DNA of 64,000 bases, taken from positions 96,001 through 160,000 of the forward strand of contig CAWGMQ010000006.1 of the NCBI GenBank assembly GCA_963823665.1. Reading direction: 5' to 3'. Origin of the DNA: an uncultured Planctomycetota bacterium. GTDB taxonomy: Bacteria; Planctomycetota; Planctomycetia; Isosphaerales; Isosphaeraceae. The stretch's first letter is position 1. Each line of letters begins with the position of its first letter. The notes under the pieces are model-generated. The model searched no databases, was not told the origin of the DNA, and saw only the letters and a list, made by a program, of their open reading frames with translations. Of this stretch, positions 21,708 through 32,194 are shown piece after piece. The translations under genes and the position numbers were made by a program.

Positions 21708-24700
21708 ATGGACGATCGGCGCGCCGGGGACATGTTGGGGGCTGGGCGACTGCGGGGGATCGTGCGTGTCGGTCGCTGGGTCCTGGATCGGGCTCACGAG
21801 CGTGGGGCGGCGGTTCGCTATTTCGCGCTGGGCGCTGCGTTCACGCTCGCGGTGATTGCGGCCGTGGTCGGGGGATTGCGGCTCTACGGGGAGTGGAGGA
21901 TCGGGCGCGTCGAGCTGATCGTCGAGGGGGAGCCGGTGGTGGGGCAAGTGCTGGCCGATGGGTCGGACACTGCCGTTGGCGAGCCGTTTGATCTGGTGAG
22001 CCGCGCGGTGCTGGCGCTGCCTGATGGGGAATACCGGCTTCGGGTTGAAGGGAAGGGACGTGTGGGGCGGACCTATCGGTTTGCGGTGAATCGGGGGGAG
22101 ACGCAAACTCACGAGATTTCGCTCGACGAGGGGCGATTGCTCGGCGGCGAGCGGCGAGCGGCAGACGCGGACGAGGGAAGGCAGGGGCACGGGCACTCGC
22201 GGATTCGGTTCGCGCCCGGGACCCTTGCGCTCGAGCTTCGGCCGGGGCGGGCGGATTTGATCGAGTGGTCGGCGACTTCTTTGATTTGCCGGGATGGATC
22301 GACCGGGAAGGTGCGGTGGGATGCGCTTCATCCTGCGGTGCCGTTTGACGGCAAGCGTGATCCCGGGGCATGGCTGGCGGACGGATTGCTCGCGAGCGGG
22401 GCAAGTGGGCTCCTATCTCCGGCTCTTGATCTCGACGGCGATGGAACGGGCGACTTGCTCTGGTATACGCGCGCATTGCCCGCCCTCGTGGCGCTTTCCG
22501 GCAGGGACGGGGCGATTTTGTGGAATTACGTGGCCGAGCTGGACGGGCCGGGTGGACCCCGCAGCGATCGGGCGGCGGCGGCGCGCACCAGGAACCGGTC
22601 GTCCAGGATCAGCGGAATTGCCGGTCGGCCGCTGGTGACGGACGTTGATCATGACGGCCGGCCGGACCTGCTGGCGACGGTTGTGTTCTCGGAATCGAGG
22701 GAGGAGCACGCGCGGCGGACCGCGGCGCGCGGTGTCGGATCATCATTCGAGAAACGTGTGCTGGTGGCGGTCTCGGGCCGATCTGGGGCGGAGATCTGGA
22801 GGCACGCGCTCGACGGGAAGTTTGTCGAGCTGCCGCGGGAGCGGCATATCAAACTGCCGGTGATGGTGCACGGCCGGCGGTCAACCCCGATCGGCTATCT
22901 CAACGGAACGCAATGGTCTGGACTCGACCCGGCAACCGGGCGGGTGCAGGGCGAGCCAATCGAGCTGGGCTTCGTGCCGGTCGCTCCGGTTCAGCATGCA
23001 GACCTCGATGGAGATGGAGAGCCCGAGATCGTGGCGCTCGGACCGGGGAGCTCGGACGAGCTGAGTACGCTGCATGCGGTTTCCATCAAAACACGCCGCG
23101 AGCTATGGGCCGTGGACGTCTCTGCCGCATGCGACGTATATCAGAATATGATTCCGTATGGCTTGCCGTCGTTCTGGGATGATCGCCGTCCTGCCCTTTT
23201 CCCGTTGATAGCGGATCTGGATGGCGACGGCCGGTCGGAGATCGTGGCGGCGGACTCGGGTGCATTGGCGTCGCGCGCTGGTTATCGTGGGGTTCGTCTC
23301 ATCGATGGCTTGAGCGGCAAGACGCGGTGGCGGCGACCGATGCGGCCGGAGAACAGCGTGGGGGATGGACTCTCGCATCTCATCGCGGCGCCGGACCTGG
23401 ATGGCGACGGCATTCGAGACGTGCTGGTCATTTCTCGATACGCGGGGCGGCATCCGCTGGCGGGCTCCAAGGCGGACACGGAAGAACCCGTGCGTGTGTA
23501 TGTCGACGCGTTATCGGGCAAGGACGGCCGAGCTCTGTGGTGGTGGCACACGGACCTGGCCGAGAAGAAGCTCGCGTACATCCGGGCGCCCTTGTGGTGG
23601 GGACGAGGACCTGATGGGTGGCCGATGGTGGCAATTGCGCTCGGCGGTGCTCACGATGGGCTAATCGGCCGACGTGCGGGCGGCCGTGATGTTGCGCCGG
23701 GCGTCGTGCACCTGCTGGAGGCAACGACGGGGAGCGAGCGGCACCGGGTGCCGGGGCTGGCGCAGGTGAAATGCGATGATTTGGACGGCGACGGGCTACT
23801 TGATCTTTGGGGTGAGGTGGACGGGGAGCTGCGCGCGTTCCGCGGGGAGGCGCCGGAGGCCTGGCGGGTGCTGGGCCGATTTGCGCCGGCGGGAGGAGAC
23901 CAGTACACTGATCGAGCCGGAGAGGGCCGGGGTGTTGATTTCGATGGAGATGGAATTGCCGATACGTTGATCGGATATCCGGGCGAGCGCGGCGGACCGG
24001 GGTCTCGGCTGAGTGGCAGTCGCACTGTGGCGGCTCGGTCTGGGCGAGACGGGCGCTTGATCTGGAAGAGTTTCGTCGACGCGCGGGGGAGCTGGTTCAA
24101 CCCGACGGGCCGGGATGATTATGAGCTGAGCGAGCTGGCAGTGCCGGCCGGCGATCTCGACGGGGACGGCACCGCTGATGTGATCGTTCGGAAGCTGGCC
24201 GCGAGCGGATCGTCACCAACCCGGTCTCGTTCGTCTGCGGCGATCGAGCTGCTTTCGGGCAAGAGCGGTACGAAGTTGTGGTCGGTGAGCTTTCTGCCGG
24301 ACGGCGCCGGTGCCTGGCCGAGCGATTGGGTCGAGCCGTGTGCGATCGAGCCAAACGGTACGTCGGACTTGATCGTGCAGAGCGGACAGGGGGAGAGCGT
24401 GCGGCTGGCGAGAGTGTCGGGGCGGAATGGACGGATTGTCTGGGACGTCGACATCGCGAGGGAACGTCGCGTCGAGATTCGCGTCGAGAATCTGCCGCAC
24501 TTCCTGGCTGATCTGGACGGGGACGGCGGGCTCGACGCCCTCACTGTGCTGCCGCACGCCGATCAGCCTGGATACACGCTGGCCGCAGTTTCACTGCGTG
24601 AGGGTAAGCCACTCTGGTCGCGGGCGGTGACGCTGCGGGGGGAATTCGTCCGCCTGGGCGAAATTCGGGTCGGCGACATCGATGGAGACAAGCGGTGCGA

Positions 24701-26068
24701 GGTCGTGGTACTTGACGGCTTCGGTGGTGAACGCGGCAAGATCGACGTTGGTGTTCGCGCATTCGACGGGCGCGACGGCACACTTCGCTGGACGTGGAAG
24801 CCGGGCGCGGGCGCAGGATTGCGGACGACGGGCAGGCGATCGCTCTGGCGAATTTCGAGGGGCGGGGCATCCGGAGCGTATGCGTGGCGTGCGGTGTGGC
24901 GACGTTGAGCGGCCTGGAGCGAAGGACTGTTGTGCTTGGGGCTGATGGACAAGAGCGGCTGCAACATGCGGTGGCTCTCTCTCGCGATGGTCTCTTCGGC
25001 GCGGCTGATCTTGATGGCGACGGCAAGGATGAACTGGTGGGAACGGTCATGGAGAGGGGCTCGTTTGTGAGCCGCGTCTGCGCGTGGGACCGAGACTTGA
25101 CGGAGCTGTGGAGCTGGCCGGCGCGAACGAACGCGGGTGCGGGGCGGACTGTCGTATTTGAAGGCACGGACCAGCGGGTTATGCGATCTCGAACGATCGA
25201 GCGGATTTTACCCGCTTCGTGGGGCCGGGCGGCACGCGTGATCGTTACGCCGGGGCTGGGGGTCGACGGAGCGACGGGCCGACTACTCTGGAAAGGGCAG
25301 GCCGCGCTGGAAACTCACTCTGTCCCGACGCTGCTTGATGCCGGTGATGACTCGGGCGGGGGTGCGCGGTTGATCGGTCATGGAGCGGGGGGCGCGACCG
25401 TTTGTCGCGTGGTGATGGCGACGGATGCGGAGGGGATGGTTGCTCCAGCGCGGGGGCGAGTGTGGGTGGCTGCGGGTGGGGCGCCTGACCCGCGCTGGAT
25501 GAGGCCGCTGCCTTGGAAGAGGCGGCTGGAAGGATTTTTCGGGCCGACGGCGTTTGTGGCGGCGGGTGGCCTGGCGCTAGTGAACGTGGTGTTGCCGCTG
25601 CTGGGGCTGTGGTTTGCGATCGGGCGGCGCCGGGTTTTTCGAGTCTGGGCACTCTTGGTGGTGCCAGTGGCGGCTGCGGTGCCGCTCATGGTTTATCTGG
25701 GTTTGGCGCCGTGGCTGCCGGTGGGGGAGTCGAGGTGGATCGCAACGGAATGGAGCGTGTTTTGTGCGGGTACGCTGGCTGGGGTGCCGGTGGTGATGGG
25801 GTGGTGGTGGGTCGTGGCTGCCGTCGTACGAGGGAGGTGGAGGCAGGTTTTGGAGATGGTCGGGTTGGTGGTGGTGGCGACCATGTTGGTGGCGGGGGGG
25901 TGGATGTGGGTCGATCGGAAGGCGATGGCGGTGAACCTCGAGCATTATGACTGGGAGGGGTGGGGCTTGGTGTTTTTGGTGGGGGGGTATGGGGCGGCCG
26001 TGGTTTGGGGGGTGGGGGTTGGGGTTTATGGGTTGATTCGGAGTTTGAACAGACGTGAACGACGGTAA
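21708..26068 (+). CDS. FG-GAP/PQQ-like beta-propeller membrane protein, array copy 6 (frameshift ~24820)
   Basis: ORFs 21708..24908 and 24794..26068; same architecture; ends LNRRERR*. Confidence 0.85.
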
Positions 26069-26122
26069 CGAAGTCGGATTGGGACTGAGATTAGGATTAA
26101 GATTAGGATTAAGATAAGGATT
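26045..26122 (+). repeat. Degenerate purine-rich repeat followed by an (A[A/G]GATT)-type hexamer tract
   Basis: TTGAACAGACGTGAACGACGGTAACGAAG then GAGATTAGGATTAAGATTAGGATTAAGATAAGGATT. Confidence 0.8.
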
Positions 26123-26153
26123 TCTCGGGGCACGTCGAAAGCTGAAGGCGATC

Positions 26154-26315
26154 ATGAGTGGGCGGATCAAGATACGGGGGACGGTCAACGCCGACGGGAC
26201 GCTGGAGCTGGACCACAAGATCGCGATGCCCGCGGGGCGTGTGGTGGTGACATTGCGGCCCGCGCTTCAGCCTGTCCCCGGTGACCCCTTCTGGGGCTTG
26301 ATGGGTCGGATCTAG
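26154..26315 (+). pseudogene. Small antitoxin-like protein, 53 aa, probably truncated (not in ORF track)
   Basis: Hand translation MSGRIKIRGTVNADGTLELDHKIAMPAGRVVVTLRP...DPFWGLMGRI*, homologous to the 34017 ORF (GILKNDGTLELDEKPQLAPGRVQVTI). Confidence 0.6.
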
Positions 26316-26492
26316 GACGGTCATGGGCGGCGCAGACTTTCGTCCGAGGCGAAACCGCGAACGGATACCTCGATCAAACCACTGAGTAGCGATCTCGATT
26401 GGGAGTTTTAGTCGGTCGGGGTCGATTCGTTTGGGAGGAATGTGGGTTCGCGGCGAGGGTCCCGAATCCTGGAGAGTGTCGGACTGTGCTGA

Positions 26493-26921
26493 TCACCAGG
26501 GTCTCATGGGCGTCAGATTAATCGAGTCGAACTCGGCAGAGGGCGGCGGAGGGTCGGGCATCACGGGAAGCCAAGGGAAACGTTCGGCCTGCTCATACTT
26601 CTTTATCAGCATGGTGTCATAGGCTTGGTAGGGGGCGATCCGCATGGCGTGCTCGTGCCTCCGCTGCTTTCTGTGCTCGCCACCTGGCCCGGAGTAGGCG
26701 AAGATCGAGCGAAGCGCGACTCGAGACTTGTAGTGCGCAACCCTTTCGTGAAAGCGGGCGCGTCGACGCTCCCCCTCGATCGTCACGCCGATGAGCAGTG
26801 CGATCGCTGCAATTGCTAGCATGATTCCTCGGATTTTGAATCGCAGCCGGAAACGCAACACGACGCCACCTCTTTGTCTGCGCCCGATCACCTGAGTGCG
26901 GCCACGGAGAGAAGTGCGCAA
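26493..26921 (-). CDS. Small membrane-anchored hypothetical protein (planctomycete paralog family; true start probably ~26860)
   Basis: LRFKIRGIMLAIAAIALL TM segment and C-terminal KKYEQAERFPWLPVMPDPPPP. Confidence 0.7.
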   Translation of the reverse strand: MRTSLRGRTQVIGRRQRGGVVLRFRLRFKIRGIMLAIAAIALLIGVTIEGERRRARFHERVAHYKSRVALRSIFAYSGPGGEHRKQRRHEHAMRIAPYQAYDTMLIKKYEQAERFPWLPVMPDPPPPSAEFDSINLTPMRPW

Positions 26922-26980
26922 GAAGGGCGGAGCGCGCGGAGTCAGGCTCTTCGTGGGGGCCGGGGTCGGTGCCTCGCGCG

Positions 26981-27626
26981 TCAGGCAGTGATCGGCCCTT
27001 CCGGTACGTTCTCGCGAGCAGGGTTCTGGCGACTCTCGAACAGTTTCTGAAGGTTTAGCTGAGCGATGCCGCCCACCGCAGGATCAACCGCGGAGATCTG
27101 CATCAAGACCCGGTCTGCGCGCGGAGACGGCTGGACCATTACCGTGACCTCGCTTACTCGACCTTCGGCACCGATACGAAATCCTCCGTACGTCGGTGCG
27201 GTGGATCTCCTCACGATCCGATCGGACACCGCACGCCAAATCCCGTTCATCCGCTGCGTAAAGTCAGCAAGCCGGCGAGCGTCTTGATTTCCTGGATGAC
27301 TTCGATGGCTATCTCGAATGGCGGAGGCACAAGTTCGTAGCTCTCACCATTGACCACGTAAGACAACCGAACTCCTGGCTCGCTCGAATCGGTGTCTTGG
27401 GGCTCGAGTCGGAGTTCGGTCGCTCGATCTTTCAGGCTCAGCAGGAAGAGCAGGAGCAGCATTTTCCGGTGTGGGGATAGTGACGGATAGTGCCCGATTT
27501 CGCCGACATCGATCAGATTACACCCGCCGACTCGCGACGCCAGCACGCCGCTACCGGGCGCAAGAACTCGTCCAGCGAACGATCGTCAATGTTGTCGTCT
27601 TCGTTCGTAGCGAGGGAGTCGGTCAT
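26981..27626 (-). CDS. Stand-alone PilB/GspE N2 (PAS-like) domain protein without ATPase domain; two frameshifts (~27555, ~27250)
   Basis: RKMLLLLFLLSLKDRATELRLEP..VRLSYVVNGESYELVPPP..EIKTLAGL, then GGFRIGAEGRVSEVTVMVQPSPRADRVLMQI, parallels the PilB/GspE N2 domain. No Walker A follows. Confidence 0.6.
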
Positions 27627-27656
27627 GGAATCACACTTGGTTCGCCGCGATTGTTC

Positions 27657-27787
27657 GTTTCCAGGGGCTGACGCCACCTGGCTACGTGCTGCCGCCCCCT
27701 TCGGGGGCTCAATCGATCGTCGGGTCAATGTTTCCAGGGGCTGACGCCACCTGGCTACGTGCTGGCGCCCCTTTGGGGGCTCAATCG
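27657..27787. repeat. Two tandem ~58-bp REP-like palindromic units
   Basis: GTTTCCAGGGGCTGACGCCACCTGGCTACGTGCTG..GCCCC..GGGGCTCAATCG at 27657-27715 and 27730-27787; related partial unit at ~29094-29118. Confidence 0.85.
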
Positions 27788-28959
27788 GTTTCTCCCTGTT
27801 GCCGGAATGGTTTCCCGGCGCGGTATTGGGCCAAGCGCTCTCGGCAGGACTCTATGTCGGCCGGTTCAACGGTCAGAGTCAACGCTTTCCCTTGCCATTT
27901 CACGGCTGATTCAAAGTCGGCGGCCTCGGCGTAGGCCGCGGCCAGGACTTCCAGTTCGCCCGGATTGTGCCATTCGGTAAGCTCGCAGGCGCGGCGGGCT
28001 GACTCGACGGCGAGCTTGCCGTTGCGGTGCTGGGCGTCAGGACTGGTGGCCCTCAGCCACGCAGACCGGGAATGTGCCTCGACCAAATCCGGGTACATGC
28101 GGCCGAGATCGTCATAGACGGCGAGGCTGCGCCCTTGGTCGCGAAGGACTAGCCAGTCGGCTGCGTCCTTTTCCGTTTGCGGCCACGGCCGGTTCGGTTC
28201 ACCTGCGACGGTGTCGAGCGGGTGGGCCGCCGCCCGCTGGTGCTTGAGCTTTTGCTCCGTATTGGCGAGGAGCTTGGCTAGCAGGACGTCGACTTCTAGC
28301 TTCTTCAAGTCCTTGACCATGATGCCGCGCTCGGTAGCAGTCGTCGTACGACGGAGGACCCTGCGTGCGGATTCATCCTTTTGCTCTGTACCTCGGCGAT
28401 ATGGGCGCTCGTCTCGCATGGACCGCAATGTTGATAGGGTGCTTTCGACGCCTAACGAAAACTGAGAGGCCGCACGCCGGTGATCGCTGCGCAATCGCCA
28501 GGTCCGCCATGCGTGGACTTCCCAGCCTGCATAGACGCCGATGATCGCAACCAACACGAGGGCCGTGCGCATCCGGAACCGCAGCGCGCCGACTTTCGCG
28601 GACATGCGGCGCCACATCGGGGCGTCGGCCTCGCGCGGTGCGAACAGAAACAGGATGAGGAGGATCAGCGCGAGCAGGAGCACGCTGCAGAAGACCAGTT
28701 CGCCCGGGTCGAACAACACCAAGAAGCCGGAGGGAGTGCGCGGCCCGTCGTTCCAATCTACCCAATTGACGAGACGGACGAACGGGGTTTCCGAGCGGAG
28801 ACTGTCGAGCCCAAGCAAGTCGGAATAGATGCGCGGGGGGCGTTTCAGCCAGACCCAGAAGGCGAACAGATCCGCGGCGATCAGACTGGTGATCAGCAGC
28901 TTTAACGAGGCGAACTGGGTGCGGGTCAGTCGCGTCATTGGTGAAGTCATGGGTTGCAA
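27781..28959 (-). CDS. Membrane protein with C-terminal TPR-like domain
   Basis: Three hydrophobic segments; C-terminal AWLRATSPDAQHRNGKLAVESARRACEL..LAAAYAEAADFESAVKWQ. Confidence 0.8.
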   Translation of the reverse strand: MQPMTSPMTRLTRTQFASLKLLITSLIAADLFAFWVWLKRPPRIYSDLLGLDSLRSETPFVRLVNWVDWNDGPRTPSGFLVLFDPGELVFCSVLLLALILLILFLFAPREADAPMWRRMSAKVGALRFRMRTALVLVAIIGVYAGWEVHAWRTWRLRSDHRRAASQFSLGVESTLSTLRSMRDERPYRRGTEQKDESARRVLRRTTTATERGIMVKDLKKLEVDVLLAKLLANTEQKLKHQRAAAHPLDTVAGEPNRPWPQTEKDAADWLVLRDQGRSLAVYDDLGRMYPDLVEAHSRSAWLRATSPDAQHRNGKLAVESARRACELTEWHNPGELEVLAAAYAEAADFESAVKWQGKALTLTVEPADIESCRERLAQYRAGKPFRQQGETD

Positions 28960-29140
28960 TCAAAGGTTGTGGGTGGCCTGGCCGTATTTTGGCGATCCGA
29001 GTGGTGCGGGGGCAAGGGGTAGCGCAGGGTGTCGCCGTGATTCGAGGTGCCGAGGGGTACAAGCGGTTCCACGGGTTCAAGGGGTTCAAGGCGCCAAGGG
29101 CTGAAGCCCGTGGCTATTGACCGGGGCCATAGGCGATTCT

Positions 29141-30025
29141 CTAGCGATCCGCGTAGGCTGCCGGGGGCGGAAGGACTACAGTATCGGCAGCGGGCCTGGT
29201 CACTTGCTCGCTTCCTGCCATTGTCGAGTATGCCTCGAAAACTCGCTTGGAGATCGACTCGTTGATCAATCGGACGGAACCATCAGCGAACAGGACCATC
29301 GCGCCGTCACGGTGGTACCCGCCGAACTGACGGTTCCGGCCGACGTAGGGCGCCTGAGCGGGATCGAGCCCCCGCACCGTGGCCGTTCCGCCCGCAATCC
29401 AAGGGCCGTTCGTAGCGGCCGTCTCAGCGAGCATCATCGTGTTGGCCGTGCCATCTTTGATATCCTCGATTCGAGTTTGCCGGTCGTACCCGAATATACC
29501 GACTCTTGGATGTGCTTTCGGGAGATCAGGTGAGTCCAGTCCGAGGCCAGCGACTGCGACGTAATGGGTGAAACCGGGAGGGCTCGATTCTGGGCCGAGC
29601 GGACTCGCCGGGCACTGAAGCACGCTGAAGGTCCCCAGAGCAGTCGGTTGAAACACGCCTTCCTGCTCGCCGAAATCGCCGGTTGTGATTCTTGGGATAC
29701 GATTTGTGTCGGAATCCCAGGGCTCTGCGTTGTCGAAAAGGAAGTGGAGGTTCTGGCTTTCGTCGAAGAAGGGATAGATGAGCGTGACCGAACTCAACCG
29801 CTCTTGCGGCCGTAGCCGCTCAGCAGGAATGGAGGCAGGGGGGAACGTATTCGCGTGAGTCTGCCAATAACCGTTCAGCGCGTACCAGAGATTCTGCAGG
29901 CGGCGAGCACAGTCGTCGCGCAACTTTAGTTCTTTCGCCCGCCGCGCCAGATAAATCGATCCGCCGACAATCGCCGTGATGATCGCGAGTACCGCCGCCA
30001 GGCATAGTTGCTTGCGCCAGGTCAT
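29141..30025 (-). CDS. DUF1559 domain protein
   Basis: N-terminal TM, C..RLQNL..AL..Y, IKDGTANTMMLAE and H-x9-DG (HRDGAMVLFADGSVR) motifs. Start taken at MTWRKQ. Confidence 0.85.
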   Translation of the reverse strand: MTWRKQLCLAAVLAIITAIVGGSIYLARRAKELKLRDDCARRLQNLWYALNGYWQTHANTFPPASIPAERLRPQERLSSVTLIYPFFDESQNLHFLFDNAEPWDSDTNRIPRITTGDFGEQEGVFQPTALGTFSVLQCPASPLGPESSPPGFTHYVAVAGLGLDSPDLPKAHPRVGIFGYDRQTRIEDIKDGTANTMMLAETAATNGPWIAGGTATVRGLDPAQAPYVGRNRQFGGYHRDGAMVLFADGSVRLINESISKRVFEAYSTMAGSEQVTRPAADTVVLPPPAAYADR

Positions 30026-30113
30026 CACGTGTGCATCGCCAAGCGTAAGATACCGAGTTGACCTGATAGCCCCGATTCTTGGTTCAAGTTTTCCACACGC
30101 GGCTTCGCCGCCT

Positions 30114-30719
30114 CTACTGGCGTGACCTTTCACGATACAAGTGCCCGAACTTGCATCCATAATCCAGTTCGGTCGGGTCCGCAAGAGCCCATTCATGCTC
30201 GGGACCACAGACACGACGGTCAAAGTCTTGCAGGTCGTCTGGGGCGTCGAGGAGTAGTCGCCAAAACGCCCCGGCGATCCGGTGGCAATTCTCGGTATCG
30301 GACTCGTCGATGCTGAATTGAAGGTGGGATCGACCGGCGAAATCGCGACATCGGAATGGATACCCAGTCGCGTGTCCATCGGGGATGGCAACAAAGCCTT
30401 GATTCAGGACCATTACATCTTCCGCCGGGTCGGGCTCAATGGAGAAGACCCGCATGATCCTGGCGAAGGTCCAGGAGACATCGTAGCGACCTCGAATCGC
30501 GTTCCTGAGAACGATCGATGAACAAGACGGCGCATATTCGGCAAGGTAGAACCCGTAGTCCTCGAGACTCTCTGGCTCATCATTCATCTCGAGATCAACC
30601 GGACAGAAAGTGTAATCCTCCTTCTTGCAGGGATGACCGTAGACTCGAACGAGCTCGCCGTATCGGACTTCGAAGGCGACCATGTTGAAGGCCTCTGGCC
30701 GATGAACGATCGCTTTCAT
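30114..30719 (-). CDS. Hypothetical protein
   Basis: Globular, acidic part of ORF 30114..30890; start taken at MKAIVH to avoid overlap. Confidence 0.6.
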   Translation of the reverse strand: MKAIVHRPEAFNMVAFEVRYGELVRVYGHPCKKEDYTFCPVDLEMNDEPESLEDYGFYLAEYAPSCSSIVLRNAIRGRYDVSWTFARIMRVFSIEPDPAEDVMVLNQGFVAIPDGHATGYPFRCRDFAGRSHLQFSIDESDTENCHRIAGAFWRLLLDAPDDLQDFDRRVCGPEHEWALADPTELDYGCKFGHLYRERSRQ

Positions 30720-30829
30720 TCTAACAACGAACCAGCTCTCTGGCGTGGATGGGATCCCAAGAGCCTCATTGTTGGCCGTCGTTGCTGTGGACGCCATCAA
30801 TTTCGGGGCCATCTGCGCTGGGCTTGGGT

Positions 30830-31624
30830 TCAGGCGGTCGTGAAGCGGGGCCTCGACTGCACCCGCGCACTGGTCGGCGGTGGCACCCAATCACCCGCGA
30901 CGATGATGCGGCCTTCGGGGCACTCGAGTCGGACGACATTCTCGACTTCGATGGCGACTCCTAGGTCCGCAAGACAACCGTAGATTGCCCGGTCGAGAGG
31001 TCTCTCCGGTGTCGCGGAGATGTAACCCGTCTCGAGGATGAGAGAGGCATCCTTGATGACGAACCGTTCGCGATTCTTCCCATTGATCTGATCGACCTCG
31101 GAGAACTCGACGGTCAGCGTCTGCCCGACCAACGGCGTAAGGCATTCCTCGAGGTGGATTCGTCTCGCGTAGGCATCGTCGGAAAGACTTGGGACGAGCG
31201 TCTTGACCTCGAGAGCGACCTCGTCGGCGATGATCCTGAGCTCTGATCTGGCGAGGAGCACACGAAGATCGAAGCCAGTCTTGGCGTGGAGGTGGGCTTC
31301 CTCGTAGAGCCAGATATCCCCGACGATGTCGTTGATCCCTTCGGCGATCTGCACGCCGCGGAAGGTCAAGGTCGTATACCAAGGGCTGCTATCCGCCTCG
31401 ATAACGACCTTCCCGTCTGGTGTCGTTTCCGCCCGCTGGATCGTCGCATCGTGGAGGCCAGTCTCAGCTAATCGCTGCATGGCTCGGGGGAGCCGAGACT
31501 TGATCGTGTCCGCTGCGGATCGGTAGGCCATCACCGCCGCGTTCCAGTTCGCGAGGGCAACCTCGGGCGGGACGCCTGAGTCGGGCTGGAGTTGCACGTA
31601 GAGTGAGCGGGTGAAATACTTCAA
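30830..31624 (-). CDS. DUF4085-like hypothetical protein with extra C-terminal domain
   Basis: MKYFT start with LHDATI and WLYEE motifs. Confidence 0.65.
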   Translation of the reverse strand: MKYFTRSLYVQLQPDSGVPPEVALANWNAAVMAYRSAADTIKSRLPRAMQRLAETGLHDATIQRAETTPDGKVVIEADSSPWYTTLTFRGVQIAEGINDIVGDIWLYEEAHLHAKTGFDLRVLLARSELRIIADEVALEVKTLVPSLSDDAYARRIHLEECLTPLVGQTLTVEFSEVDQINGKNRERFVIKDASLILETGYISATPERPLDRAIYGCLADLGVAIEVENVVRLECPEGRIIVAGDWVPPPTSARVQSRPRFTTA

Positions 31625-31675
31625 GGCCGGCCTCGTCTTTGACGTGCGTGGGATCGATAAACCATCGCTTAAACT

Positions 31676-32071
31676 TCAGGCAATGCGCTGGACTCCCAGG
31701 TTCCAGAAGCGATCCAGGGTCGTCGGGGCAAGATCGTCTCGGCTCAACCAGACCCACAAGAGCGCCTGGCGCAACGACTCGTCGCCTTGCACTCGTTTTT
31801 CAATTGCGGCGATCATTTCCTCGCCATGCTGCGCGATGAGGTCTTCGAGAGGGCCAGCAGCCACGATGTGGAGTGCGCCATCCGATGGGGCGCGATGGAC
31901 GAGCTCCAGGATGATTGCCCAGGCAAGTGCTGGGTCTTCGTCGATGACATTGGACAGGGACTCGTCAGCCCAAGAACGATTGTCTTCCCCTGACTCGGCG
32001 TATCTCAGCCACTCGGATGCAAGTCGTTCACGGTCGCGCGGGTCGCGAAGGTCAAGCTCCCGGTCTGGCAT
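31676..32071 (-). CDS. DUF6869-like helical protein
   Basis: DPALAWAIILELV..VAAGPLEDLIAQHG motif; GGAGG upstream of MPDRE. Confidence 0.7.
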   Translation of the reverse strand: MPDRELDLRDPRDRERLASEWLRYAESGEDNRSWADESLSNVIDEDPALAWAIILELVHRAPSDGALHIVAAGPLEDLIAQHGEEMIAAIEKRVQGDESLRQALLWVWLSRDDLAPTTLDRFWNLGVQRIA

Positions 32072-32194
32072 GTCTCGCCTCCCGATCGGGCCGACGGCAA
32101 CCTCCCGGACACGGCGGCCTAGCAAGAGGCGAGCGCGAAAGCAGCTCGGCGGGAGCCTCGCAATCCCCAAAACGCGAAATGTCGCGATTACCTG

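Noticed and set aside
1..26068. Diversity-generating retroelement acting on the array
   Set aside because: No reverse transcriptase, and I saw no template/variable repeat pair with adenine-specific differences.
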